Source: Verrucomicrobiales bacterium | Lineage (GTDB): Bacteria; Verrucomicrobiota; Verrucomicrobiia; Limisphaerales; UBA9464 | Assembly (NCBI GenBank): GCA_027483345.1 | Contig: JAIXUV010000034.1 | Location: forward strand, 936-64,935 | Direction of reading: 5' to 3' | Length of the DNA: 64,000 bases | Shown here: positions 28,889 through 38,229 of the stretch, piece by piece | How the letters are laid out: each line of letters starts with the position of its first letter | Numbering within the stretch: the stretch's first letter is position 1 | Position numbers and translations under genes: made by a program | Notes under the pieces: model-generated | The model's input: the letters and a program-made list of their open reading frames with translations, nothing else | What the model was told of the DNA's origin: nothing | Database searches by the model: none

Positions 28889-29578
28889 TCAGGCCGACTC
28901 GTACCGGCGACGGAGTTCGTCCGGCGGAGTGCCGGCGGCATGGGCAGCGAGGATCCGGGCCATGAGCAGGTAAGTGCGGAAGACGCCACGTCGACGAAAC
29001 CGCCGTGCCGAGGTGCTGACGACTTCTCCGAGCAGGACGATCCTTCCCACGTTCCGAAGACGCCGGACCAACTCGAACTCCTCCATCAACGGCAGGTCGG
29101 GACAACCGCCCACGGACTCCAAGGCGCTTCTGCGGACCCAGATCGCCTGGTCGGCGAAGGGTCGACAGGTGAGTTGGAACCAGAGCCAGGAGCGGAACCG
29201 CGCCCCACGCATGCACCACGGGGCGTCCCGGAAACGCTTTTGGAAGGCGCCGCCCACGACCGGATTCGAAATCGCGGACCGTTCCAGCGCCGCTTCGATC
29301 GCACGTCCCGCACCCCACGGCAGCCAGGTGTCCGCGTGGAGGAACAGGACGACATCCGACTGCACGGCGAGAGCGCCCACGCGGCATTGGAGTCCGCGCC
29401 CGCGGGCGGATGGGATCCATCGGCATCCCCGGGCGCGAGCCAACGCCTCCGTCCCATCGGTGCTGCCACCATCCACGACCAGCACCTCGGAGACCTCCGG
29501 AACCTGGAAGACGGAATCGAGGGCACCCGGCAGGGACCTCGACTCATTCAGGGTCGGGATCACGACGGACAGGGTCAT
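28889..29578 (-). CDS. GT2 glycosyltransferase (TIGR04283-like)
   Basis: SVVIPTLNE, VVDGGSTD, LFLHADT, DQAIWVRR, LPLMEE, TSARR. Confidence 0.88.
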   Translation of the reverse strand: MTLSVVIPTLNESRSLPGALDSVFQVPEVSEVLVVDGGSTDGTEALARARGCRWIPSARGRGLQCRVGALAVQSDVVLFLHADTWLPWGAGRAIEAALERSAISNPVVGGAFQKRFRDAPWCMRGARFRSWLWFQLTCRPFADQAIWVRRSALESVGGCPDLPLMEEFELVRRLRNVGRIVLLGEVVSTSARRFRRRGVFRTYLLMARILAAHAAGTPPDELRRRYESA

Positions 29579-29643
29579 GTCGTGGGACGCCGAGCGCGTT
29601 GGGTCTCCGTCGGGCCGGGATGGGATGGGACCCCGACCAGAGC

Positions 29644-30549
29644 TCAGAACTTGGCGAGCTTCTCCAGTTCGCGGACCCGGGCGAGGATCTCCTTCTTGGC
29701 GGTCTTGGTGGTGACGTTCAATCCGAAGCCCTCGCAGCAGAACGAGGCGACCACCGATCCGTGGACAATCGCCCGACGGAGGTTGGTCTCGATCGAGCCG
29801 GACTTCTGGGACGCGAGGAAGCCGATGAGGCCGCCGACGAAGGAGTCTCCGGCGCCGGTGGGATCGACCACCTTCTTGAGGGGGAAAGCCGGAGCGACGA
29901 AGAGCCCCTTGGGCCCGGACAGGACCGAGCCGTGTTCACCCTTCTTGATGATGACGTACTTGGGCCCCAGCTTGTGGATCTTGGGGAGCGCGTTGACGAC
30001 GTTGTCCTCGGAGACCAACTGCCGGGCCTCGCTGTCGTTCAGGACGAGGCAGTCGATGCGCTTGAGCAGGCTCAACACCTCGGGCAGCGCGATGTTCAGC
30101 CAGAGATCCATGGTGTCCGCGATCACGAACTTGGGCTTGGACACCTGATCCAGGACGCGGTGCTGGACGGAGGGCGAGATGTTGGCGAGGAGGATGAAGG
30201 GAGTGGTCTCGTAGTCGCCCGGCAGCACGGGTTGCCAGTTCTCGATGACACCCAGGACGGTCTCGAGCGTACGGCGGTTGTTCATGTTGACCTCGTACTC
30301 GCCCGACCAATGGAAGGTCCGTCCGTCGGCCACACGCTCCAACCCCTTGAGGCAAAGACCGTGCTTCTCGTACAGCTTGATGTACTTGGCCGGGAAGTCG
30401 CCACCGACCACGCCGACGAGCTTGGTCGGGGCGAAGAAGCTGGCGGCGACGGCCGCATGGCTGGCGGAACCTCCGAGAAGACGGGGATTCTCCGACTTCG
30501 GGGTCTTGATGGAGTCGAGTGCGGTGGTTCCGACGACGAGGACGCTCAT
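29644..30549 (-). CDS. PfkB-family carbohydrate kinase
   Basis: LGGSA, IKKGEHG, DPTGAGDSFVGG. Confidence 0.93.
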   Translation of the reverse strand: MSVLVVGTTALDSIKTPKSENPRLLGGSASHAAVAASFFAPTKLVGVVGGDFPAKYIKLYEKHGLCLKGLERVADGRTFHWSGEYEVNMNNRRTLETVLGVIENWQPVLPGDYETTPFILLANISPSVQHRVLDQVSKPKFVIADTMDLWLNIALPEVLSLLKRIDCLVLNDSEARQLVSEDNVVNALPKIHKLGPKYVIIKKGEHGSVLSGPKGLFVAPAFPLKKVVDPTGAGDSFVGGLIGFLASQKSGSIETNLRRAIVHGSVVASFCCEGFGLNVTTKTAKKEILARVRELEKLAKF

Positions 30550-30763
30550 GTTCAGATCAGATCGATTCTAGGGTGGATCGCGACGGCCGGGACGTTAGTC
30601 CACATGGGAAATCCGGTGCAATGGCGCCGTTTTGGGAGGGTTTCTGGCCGGCTCGACGATGCCGGAAACTTTTTCCCGATGGAGGCTTGATTCCCCCCGT
30701 GTTTCGCCGTTGATGGACGGCGTTCTTTGTCAGGGCCGGACCCGACGTCCGGCCTCGATCAAA

Positions 30764-30921
30764 CATCATTGGAGCTGCGGGAACGCCGTGAGAATCGGCG
30801 ACGGTTGCGCCACTGTATCGGGTTACAAACCCCCCTGGTCATCGAGACAGCCACTGGAAGCGATTCCGGGAAGGCGGGGGGCGAGGTTGAGATCCGTAGT
30901 CAGGATATCGCGCCAGTGATG
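30764..30921 (+). ncRNA. Cobalamin riboswitch
   Basis: GGGAA..GTGAGAATC..GCGCCACTGT..GCCACTGG..CCGGGAAGGC..AGTCAGGATATCG (B12 box), closed by P1 catcattggagc / gcgccagtgatg. Confidence 0.88.
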
Positions 30922-31024
30922 CTCGTCCGATCCCGGGAACAACCCGGGGTCACTTCGCCGCAAAGCGAAGGATGGAGCCAGGACTGCCCCGATCGACCGG
31001 TTGGGGCGGAGCATGCGAATGTCC

Positions 31025-31070
31025 GACGCCTTCATTCACTGCCTTGCCGGGGATGGAGGCGTTTCCAATT
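31025..31070 (+). terminator. Possible attenuator hairpin of the riboswitch expression platform
   Basis: acgccttcattc..gggatggaggcgt stem followed by ttccaatt, 90-130 nt upstream of ATG 31156. Confidence 0.45.
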
Positions 31071-31155
31071 CCAGGAACCCTTCAGCCGCCGGCCCTGGTC
31101 TCACATCGACACCCCCACCATGACGGAACCGCATGGAGGGATCGTGAAAGAGACC

Positions 31156-31980
31156 ATGAAACCGATCCACAGACTCGCCGGGACCGCCGCCGGCATCCTC
31201 ACCGCCACATCCTTGTTCGCGCAGTACGCGACCACGGTTGTCGACTACATCCCCGGTGCCGGATTCTCCGCCACCCGCACCAATGCCATCGCCGCACTCG
31301 GCGAGCCCAGCCGGATCACTCCGGGCGACTTCGGTGGGCCGGTGGACCCGTTCGCCCCGCCCTACACGGCCACGCAATTGGTCAGCGTCGGCGCCGGCGG
31401 TTCCATCACCGTCGGTTTCGCCAATCCCATCCGCAACGACCCCGCCAACCCATACGGCATCGACTTCAACGTTTTCGGCGGCGGCGGCTTCCTCGTCACC
31501 AACGCGTTCGACGCCAACTTCAGCTACATCGGGGTCCCGTCCACCGATGGAACCCTGTTCAATCCCAACGGCGGCAGCACCCGCGTCAGCGTCAGTCCGG
31601 ACGGCTCCAACTGGTTCGTCCTCGACCCGGCGCTGGCGCCGAAGGTCGACGACCTTTTCCCGACGGATGGCAGCGGTGACTTCACGCTCCCCGTCCCGCC
31701 CTCCCTCCGGTCGGAGCCCCTCGGCGGACTCACGTTGGCCGACGTGCGGATCCGCTACGCCGGTTCGGCGGGAGGCGCCGGCTACGACCTCGGCTGGGCC
31801 CGTGCCTCCGGAGGCGGTCCGGTGTCCCTCGACAGCGTCTCGTTCGTCCGGATCGAAGTGTTGAGCGGCCGCTCGGAGATCGACGGCTTCGCCGCGGTCG
31901 GCGCCGTCCCGGAACCGTCGACCATCGCCCTGTTCGCCGTCGGCGCACTGGCCTGCCTCGGATTCCAACGTAACCGCTGA
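31156..31980 (+). CDS. PEP-CTERM surface protein, putative cobalamin-binding (BtuH-like) domain
   Basis: Signal peptide; VVDYIPG..VSVGAGGSITVGF..I.N..G.DFNVFG..VSVS.DG..W..YDLGWA..PVSLDSVSFVRI; VPEPSTIALFAVGALACLGFQRNR. Confidence 0.8.
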   Translation: MKPIHRLAGTAAGILTATSLFAQYATTVVDYIPGAGFSATRTNAIAALGEPSRITPGDFGGPVDPFAPPYTATQLVSVGAGGSITVGFANPIRNDPANPYGIDFNVFGGGGFLVTNAFDANFSYIGVPSTDGTLFNPNGGSTRVSVSPDGSNWFVLDPALAPKVDDLFPTDGSGDFTLPVPPSLRSEPLGGLTLADVRIRYAGSAGGAGYDLGWARASGGGPVSLDSVSFVRIEVLSGRSEIDGFAAVGAVPEPSTIALFAVGALACLGFQRNR

Positions 31981-32009
31981 AGACCCTCCGCTTGAATCCG
32001 ACGGACTCC

Positions 32010-32369
32010 ATGAAGGCCAAGGGACAGGTCGCGCACCACGCGTCGGCCTGTCCCCTTTGCGGCGGTGAAAACGCCTGCGGCGCGGACCGCATCTCGACGG
32101 GCGGAACCTGCTGGTGCCAAAAGGTTGAGATCCCTGCCGTCCTGGCCGGGAAGGTCGGCGCCACTGGGAGCTGCCTTTGCCGCGGGTGCATCGCGGAACA
32201 CCGGAAGCAAACCCGCTGGATGCCGCGCGCCGAGCCGTCGGAGACCTATCAGGACGCTGCCGGGAGACTGGTCTTCCGGGCCGCCTACCACCTGCGTCGG
32301 GGCTACTGCTGCGGCAATGGCTGCAGGCACTGCCCCTTTGGCTTCACCACCCCGCTTCCGGAACCATGA
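32010..32369 (+). CDS. Cys-rich CWC + DUF5522 fusion protein
   Basis: CPLCGGENACG..CWC..CLCRGC fused to GRLVFRAAYHLRRGYCCGNGCRHCPF. Confidence 0.85.
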   Translation: MKAKGQVAHHASACPLCGGENACGADRISTGGTCWCQKVEIPAVLAGKVGATGSCLCRGCIAEHRKQTRWMPRAEPSETYQDAAGRLVFRAAYHLRRGYCCGNGCRHCPFGFTTPLPEP

Positions 32370-33361
32370 GGAACTGCGTTCAGCCAAAGCCGACCTTCGC
32401 GGTCCTGCTTTTGACGGCGGCCTCGGCAGCCCTCGCCACCAACGCAGCGGAGCGGTTGTCCGAGGACTTCTCGAAGCCTCCCCAGCAGTCGGGCTGGATC
32501 CGCTTCGGAGACACGGAGCTGTCCCGTTGGGATTCCGTGGGGCAGCAGCTGGAATTCACCTGGGATTCCTCCCGCCCCAACAGCGGGATCGCCCATCGCC
32601 TGCCCCGGGTCATGACCGACAAGGACGACCTGGCCTTCGCCTTCGACCTCGAGCTGTTGTCCCATGAAGTCGGCGTCGACCCGGCCCGGCCATCGACCTT
32701 TCAGATCGCCGCGGGACTGGTCCGCTTGGATGCGGTTCGTTCCTTGGATTACGTGCGGGGTGCTTTGCCGGGACCCCGTGACACCCTTGAATGGACTTGG
32801 TTCGGGGCGAAGGACCCCATCGCCGCGTCGATCTCGCCGACGGTCATTCCATCGGATGGCCGGCTTCCTTGGGGCTACGCCGACAGCTTCGTCACGCTGG
32901 AGGTCGGGACCCGCTACCGGTTCGACGTCCAGTACACGGCCTCCGACCGGACGTTGAGGCTACGCATGAAGACCGGCAGCGAACCCGGTCCATCCCTGGA
33001 CAGCATCGTCCTGCCTCCGGCGTTCACCGGGTTCTCGGTCGACGCCTTCGCGATCTGCAGCTACTCGGCGCAGGGCCAGCATCCGCTCTTCGGAGGATCC
33101 GTCCTTGCCCGTGCCGTGGTCGACAACTTGCTGATCACCGTCCCAGCCCCGCCGGTGGAACTGGTCCGGATCGACGGCAAGCAGGTCTCCTTCCGGGCTT
33201 CGAAGGGTTGGCGATACCGGCTGGAGGCCTCCGGGGATCTCCAGGAATGGAGCGTGGTCGACACCGTGGAACCCACGGAGGACGGAGTGGTCCGCATGTC
33301 CGACCTGCGCGATGCGGTTTTCCGGGAGCAGTTCTATCGCGTTCGCGCGGTTCGGCCATGA
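32366..33361 (+). CDS. Secreted hypothetical protein with verrucomicrobial-type C-terminal domain
   Basis: Signal peptide; EDFS..W..TWDSSRPNS; C-terminal YRLEASGDLQEW..D..QFYRVRAV; ATGA overlaps at both ends. Confidence 0.8.
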   Translation: MRNCVQPKPTFAVLLLTAASAALATNAAERLSEDFSKPPQQSGWIRFGDTELSRWDSVGQQLEFTWDSSRPNSGIAHRLPRVMTDKDDLAFAFDLELLSHEVGVDPARPSTFQIAAGLVRLDAVRSLDYVRGALPGPRDTLEWTWFGAKDPIAASISPTVIPSDGRLPWGYADSFVTLEVGTRYRFDVQYTASDRTLRLRMKTGSEPGPSLDSIVLPPAFTGFSVDAFAICSYSAQGQHPLFGGSVLARAVVDNLLITVPAPPVELVRIDGKQVSFRASKGWRYRLEASGDLQEWSVVDTVEPTEDGVVRMSDLRDAVFREQFYRVRAVRP

Positions 33362-34098
33362 GCCATGGGAGCCGCGAAGACTTTCGACAGGCCTTCACCT
33401 TGGTCGAACTCCTGGTGGTGGTCGCCGTGATCGGGATCCTCGCGGGACTTCTTTTGCCGACGTTGGGAAGCACACGTCAGGCAGCCGACAGGAGCCGATG
33501 CACTACCAACCTGCGTCAACTCGCCCTCGCGGCACAGCTCTATTGGGACGACCATGGAGGTCGCGCCTTTCCTGAACGCGGCGTGAGGACCAATGGTGGA
33601 TGGATCTACTGGTTTGGTTGGCTGGCGGATGGCTCGGAAGGCCACCGCGAATTCGACCCGACCCGCGGCGCGCTGTGGCCGCACCTGCGCCAACAGTCGA
33701 TCGGCGTTTGTCCCGCCCTTGACCGCTCGTCGGCACAGTTCAAGTCCAAGGCCTCCGGCGCCGCCTACGGCTACGGCTACAATCTCCTGGTGGGAACCCG
33801 CTCCGAAGCCGGCATCCGCATCCCAGAGATACGGAGCCCCACCGACCTCGCCGTCTTCGCGGACTGTGCCCAAGTCAACGACTTCCAGCCCCCGGCCTCG
33901 CCCTCGAATCCCATGCTCGAGGAGTTCTACTACTTCGACCTGCTGACGCCGTCGGTCCATTTCCGCCACCGCCGGCGCGCGCTCGCCGCGTTCGCTGATG
34001 GACACGTGGAACCGCAACGTCCCCAGGAGGGTTCGGCCGATCCCCGGATTCCGGGACAGCTCGTCGGTCGCCTGTCCGAGGACCGCGTCCGTCCCTGA
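33358..34098 (+). CDS. Prepilin-type N-terminal cleavage/methylation protein (DUF1559-like, H-X9-DG)
   Basis: AFTLVELLVVVAVIGILAGLLLP..C.TNLRQL..CP..YGYGYN..HFRH..AAFADGHV. Confidence 0.92.
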   Translation: MSHGSREDFRQAFTLVELLVVVAVIGILAGLLLPTLGSTRQAADRSRCTTNLRQLALAAQLYWDDHGGRAFPERGVRTNGGWIYWFGWLADGSEGHREFDPTRGALWPHLRQQSIGVCPALDRSSAQFKSKASGAAYGYGYNLLVGTRSEAGIRIPEIRSPTDLAVFADCAQVNDFQPPASPSNPMLEEFYYFDLLTPSVHFRHRRRALAAFADGHVEPQRPQEGSADPRIPGQLVGRLSEDRVRP

Positions 34099-34157
34099 CA
34101 CCCAGGCGCGGAGCCTTTCGGGCTCGGATCGACCACCGGCCGGGAATCCAGAAAAAG

Positions 34158-34166
34158 TTCTCCACA
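34158..34166 (+). promoter_or_regulatory. DnaA-box-like site upstream of dnaB
   Basis: TTCTCCACA, one mismatch to TTATCCACA. Confidence 0.35.
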
Positions 34167-34244
34167 TTCCGCCGGGCGAAAACGGTCAACATCTTCCGCC
34201 GGATCCCCCTTCCCCGGCCCTGTCCCGACGGGGAGATTGCGCAC

Positions 34245-35705
34245 GTGCAAGACCTCCCAGAAGGCATCGGCGGTGCCGATTCCGGAACCAAGCCGGACTT
34301 CAAGCGTTCCAAGCGGAACCGCTCCGCGGTGGACATCTCGAAGCTGGACCGTCTTCCGCCCCACTCGGTGGAGGCGGAACAGGGAGTTCTCGGCTGCGTG
34401 CTGCTCTCGCCGAACGAGTGCATGGGTCTCTGCATCGAGAAGTTCAAGTCGGGCGCAGAGACCTTCTACGACCTCCGCCACCAGGCCATCTACCAACTGC
34501 TGGCCGACATGTACGACAAGAAGGACGCGATCGACCTGATCACCGTCCAGCAGAAGCTCAAGGACACCAACCAGCTCGAGGGCGTCGGCGGGCTGGCCTA
34601 CCTCAGCGGGCTGCAGGACGCCGTTCCCAGCGCGGCCAACCTCTCGTACTACATCGACATCGTCCGGGAGAAACACGTCCTGCGCCGGATGCTGAGCGCC
34701 TGCACCGGCGTGGTCTCGAGGGTCTACGAACACGAAGGCGAGGTGGACAGCCTGCTCGACGAGGTCGAACGCGACATCCTGCGGATCAGCGAGGACCGCG
34801 AAACCTCCACGATCCGGCCGATGAAGGACCTCGTCCGCGGGGCGATCGACATGATCCAGGAGTTCCACCAGCGGGCCGGCGGCCTGACGGGGCTGCCGAC
34901 CGGATTCGCCGACTTCGACAAGATGACGAGCGGCATGCACGGAGGGGAGATGATCGTGATCGCGGCCCGTCCCTCGATGGGCAAGACCTCCCTGGTCATG
35001 AACATCGCCGAGCACATCGTCATCAACGAGAAGCAGCCGGTCGGCGTGTTCAGCCTCGAGATGACCTCCGAGTCGCTGGTCATGCGTATGCTCTGTTCCC
35101 TGGCACGGGTGAACGGGCGGTCCATCCGCGAGGGCTTCATGGCCGAGCAGGACTTCAAGAAGCTGACCGGCGCCGCTGCCAAGATGGCGAAGTCGCCGCT
35201 GTTCATCGACGACACCCCGGGCCTTTCGATCCTCCAGCTCCGCGCCCGCGCGCGCCGGATGTGGCAGCAGCACGGCATCAAGCTGTTCATCATCGACTAC
35301 CTCCAGCTGATGCACTCCACGTCCAAGAAGGCGCAGGACAACCGCCAACAGGAGATCTCCGACATCTCGAACGGGGTGAAGTCGCTGGCCAAGGAATTGA
35401 ACGTCCCTGTGATCGTCCTGTCCCAGCTCAACCGTGAACTGGAGAAGGACAAGAACCGCAAGCCGCGCCTGTCGGACCTCCGCGAATCCGGTGCGATCGA
35501 ACAGGACGCCGATCTGGTCGGCCTTCTCTACAAGCCCGCGGAGGAGGAGGAAGACGTGTCTGAGGCCCGTCAGCCGGTGGAATCCCACCCCGTGAACCTC
35601 CTGATCGCAAAACAGCGCAACGGCCCGACCGGCGACGTCCGACTGACCTTCTTTAAGAGCTTCACACGGTACGAGTCTGCGGCGAAGCTCGACGCCGAAG
35701 ACTGA
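34245..35705 (+). CDS. dnaB: Replicative DNA helicase
   Basis: PPHSVEAEQGVLG, AARPSMGKT, IDYLQLM, LSQLNR, LRESGAIEQDAD, KQRNGPTG. Confidence 0.97.
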   Translation: MQDLPEGIGGADSGTKPDFKRSKRNRSAVDISKLDRLPPHSVEAEQGVLGCVLLSPNECMGLCIEKFKSGAETFYDLRHQAIYQLLADMYDKKDAIDLITVQQKLKDTNQLEGVGGLAYLSGLQDAVPSAANLSYYIDIVREKHVLRRMLSACTGVVSRVYEHEGEVDSLLDEVERDILRISEDRETSTIRPMKDLVRGAIDMIQEFHQRAGGLTGLPTGFADFDKMTSGMHGGEMIVIAARPSMGKTSLVMNIAEHIVINEKQPVGVFSLEMTSESLVMRMLCSLARVNGRSIREGFMAEQDFKKLTGAAAKMAKSPLFIDDTPGLSILQLRARARRMWQQHGIKLFIIDYLQLMHSTSKKAQDNRQQEISDISNGVKSLAKELNVPVIVLSQLNRELEKDKNRKPRLSDLRESGAIEQDADLVGLLYKPAEEEEDVSEARQPVESHPVNLLIAKQRNGPTGDVRLTFFKSFTRYESAAKLDAED

Positions 35706-35712
35706 ACTGCTG

Positions 35713-38196
35713 ATGAAATTGTTTCCTCGCCGCTGGCTTAGGCTCTGCGCCGTCCTCGTCGCCTGCCTCCAACTGGCCGCCGCCGAAGAAGGTCCCGTGA
35801 TCCGGAAGATCGTCATCAAGCATGTCGGTCCGCCTGCCGTCAGCGAGGAGCTCATCCGGGCCAACATCCGAGTGAAGGAGGGGGAGGCGTACAGCCGGGT
35901 GTCGATCGACGACGACATCAAGAACCTCTACGGCACCCTTTTCTTCTACAACATCCGCGTGACCGAGGACGTGACCGCGACCGAGACGGGTCCCGGCGGC
36001 GTCAAGATCGCGAAGGAGTACACGCTGACCTACGTGGTCCAGGGAAAGCCGGTGATCACGGAGATCCGCTTTTCGGGGAACAAGAAGTACTCGACCTCGC
36101 GGTTGCGTCGGAAGCTGACCTCCAAGACCGGCGAGCCCATGGACGAGCGCCGGCTCTTCAACGACACGCAGGAGATCCTGAAGATGTACCAGAAGGCCGG
36201 TCTGCAGAAGACCACCATCGAGTACAAGCCCAGCATCAACGAGGCGCTCGGCCGGGGCATCGTCACCTTCGAGATCAGCGAGGCTCCGCGGGTGAAGATC
36301 AAGGACGTGGTCTTCGACGACGCCCAGGCCTTCAAGCAGCGGAAGCTGCGTCGTGCGATCAAGACCCGCCGCTGGTGGATCTTCTCCTGGATCACCGGAT
36401 CCGGCCGCTTCAAGGACGACGTCTTCGAGGAGGACAAGGAGAAGCTCCGCGAGTTCTACGCCGACAAGGGCTACATCGACATGGAGCTCAAGGATCCGGT
36501 GTTCGTCTATCCGAAGACCAACAACCTGATCCTGCACCTGCCGGTGGTCGAGGGTCCCCAGTACCGGGTCGGCACGGTCGAATTCAAGGGCAACGAGCTC
36601 TTCCCTCGCGAGCAGATCGTCCAGAACCTCACCTCGAAGGACGGCGAGAAGACGAAGCGGGGCCTGCAATTGCGTTCGGGCGAGGTCTTCTCTCCGACGC
36701 GTCTCGGCAAGGACACCGAGGCGATCCAGGATTTCTACGGTGCGCGAGGCTACATCGATGCCCGGGTCCGACCTGAGCGGATCGCGAACATCGACAAGGG
36801 TTCGCTCGACCTCCGCTACAACGTCGAGGAGGGCGACAAGTTCTACGTCGAGAAGATCGAGATCCAGGGCAACACCAAGACCAAGGACAAGGTCATCCGT
36901 CGCGAGTTGGCAATCACGCCCGGCGAGACCTTCGACATGATCCGGGTGAAGGTCTCGAAGAGCCGGCTCGAACAGATGCAGTTCTTCGAGAAGGTGGAGA
37001 CGAAGGAAGAAGGCACCGACGTCCCGAACCGGAAGAACCTGGTGATCTCCGTCGAGGAGAAGAACACCGGCAACGTCGCCGTCGGAGCGGGGTTCAGCTC
37101 TGTCGACTCCCTGGTCGGCTTCGTGGAGATCAGCCAGGGCAACTTCGACATCGGCAATCCGCCCTACTTCACGGGAGCCGGCCAAAAGGCCCGGCTCCGC
37201 GCCCAGGTCGGCTCGAGGCGCCAGGACTACGTGATGACCTTCGTGGAGCCGTGGTTCCTCGGGAAGCGGCTCTCGCTCAGCACCGATCTGTACCACCGGG
37301 ACCTGAACTTCCTGTCGGACAACTTCAACCAGCGCCAGACCGGCGCGCGGATCGGCCTGAGCCGACAGCTCCCGCTGAACCTCGTCGGGAACATCAGCTA
37401 CACGATCGAGAGCATCGGGATCCGGTTCTCGGATTCCTACCGGGCCCAGCAGCAGGCCGTGGGCAGCGCGATCCTCGCCGAGGAAGGCACACGTCTCGTC
37501 TCTCGCGTGGGCAGCTCGCTGGCCCACGACACCCGGAACAACTTCCTCCTGCCGACCCGGGGCCATCGCGCCGAATTGCTTGGGGAACTGGCGGGCGGTC
37601 CTTTCGGCGGCGATTCCGATTTCTACAAGCTGGAGGCCCGGATCGCCCAGTATTGGAGTCCGGGACGCCTGTTCCGTGACGAGGGCACGGCGAAGGAGAT
37701 TCTGGACACGCACACCCTTGAGCTGGCCGGGCGCATCGGCGTGGTCGAGGCCTATGGCGACTCGAGCCGGGTTCCCCTGTTCGACCGGTACTACCTGGGC
37801 GGTCTCTACAACCTGCGCGGATCCAAGTTCCGCGCCGTGGGTCCGCGGGAATTCTACTCCGGTGAGCCCCTGGGCGGTGGCACTTACTGGTTCGGATCCG
37901 CGGAATACACGATTCCGATCATTGAACGCCTGCGCTTCGCCCTGTTCTACGACATCGGCATGGTCTACCCGGAGGCGTACAGTTTCGATCCCACCAGTTC
38001 CGGTGTGGATGCGATCGGCAATCCGTTGGTCCGCGGGAACACCGGCCTCTACAACGACAACTGGGGTATCGGCATCCGACTGAACCTCCCCATCGGCCCG
38101 CTGCGGCTCGACTACGGCATCCCGATCAACCACGACCCCGACTCGGGAGGATCCGGGAGGTTCCAGTTTGGCGTTGGCTGGACGCGTGATTTCTGA
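35713..38196 (+). CDS. bamA: Outer membrane protein assembly factor BamA
   Basis: POTRA repeats (GNTKTKDKVIRRE), LRGSKFRAVGP, GIRLNLPIGPLRLDYG, terminal F. Confidence 0.95.
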   Translation: MKLFPRRWLRLCAVLVACLQLAAAEEGPVIRKIVIKHVGPPAVSEELIRANIRVKEGEAYSRVSIDDDIKNLYGTLFFYNIRVTEDVTATETGPGGVKIAKEYTLTYVVQGKPVITEIRFSGNKKYSTSRLRRKLTSKTGEPMDERRLFNDTQEILKMYQKAGLQKTTIEYKPSINEALGRGIVTFEISEAPRVKIKDVVFDDAQAFKQRKLRRAIKTRRWWIFSWITGSGRFKDDVFEEDKEKLREFYADKGYIDMELKDPVFVYPKTNNLILHLPVVEGPQYRVGTVEFKGNELFPREQIVQNLTSKDGEKTKRGLQLRSGEVFSPTRLGKDTEAIQDFYGARGYIDARVRPERIANIDKGSLDLRYNVEEGDKFYVEKIEIQGNTKTKDKVIRRELAITPGETFDMIRVKVSKSRLEQMQFFEKVETKEEGTDVPNRKNLVISVEEKNTGNVAVGAGFSSVDSLVGFVEISQGNFDIGNPPYFTGAGQKARLRAQVGSRRQDYVMTFVEPWFLGKRLSLSTDLYHRDLNFLSDNFNQRQTGARIGLSRQLPLNLVGNISYTIESIGIRFSDSYRAQQQAVGSAILAEEGTRLVSRVGSSLAHDTRNNFLLPTRGHRAELLGELAGGPFGGDSDFYKLEARIAQYWSPGRLFRDEGTAKEILDTHTLELAGRIGVVEAYGDSSRVPLFDRYYLGGLYNLRGSKFRAVGPREFYSGEPLGGGTYWFGSAEYTIPIIERLRFALFYDIGMVYPEAYSFDPTSSGVDAIGNPLVRGNTGLYNDNWGIGIRLNLPIGPLRLDYGIPINHDPDSGGSGRFQFGVGWTRDF

Positions 38197-38229
38197 CATC
38201 CCTTTCCCGTCTGTTTTCCCAAACGAAGC

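Noticed and set aside
28889-29578. Arsenosugar biosynthesis cluster
   Set aside because: Only the widespread GT2 is present; no arsM or radical SAM arsS nearby
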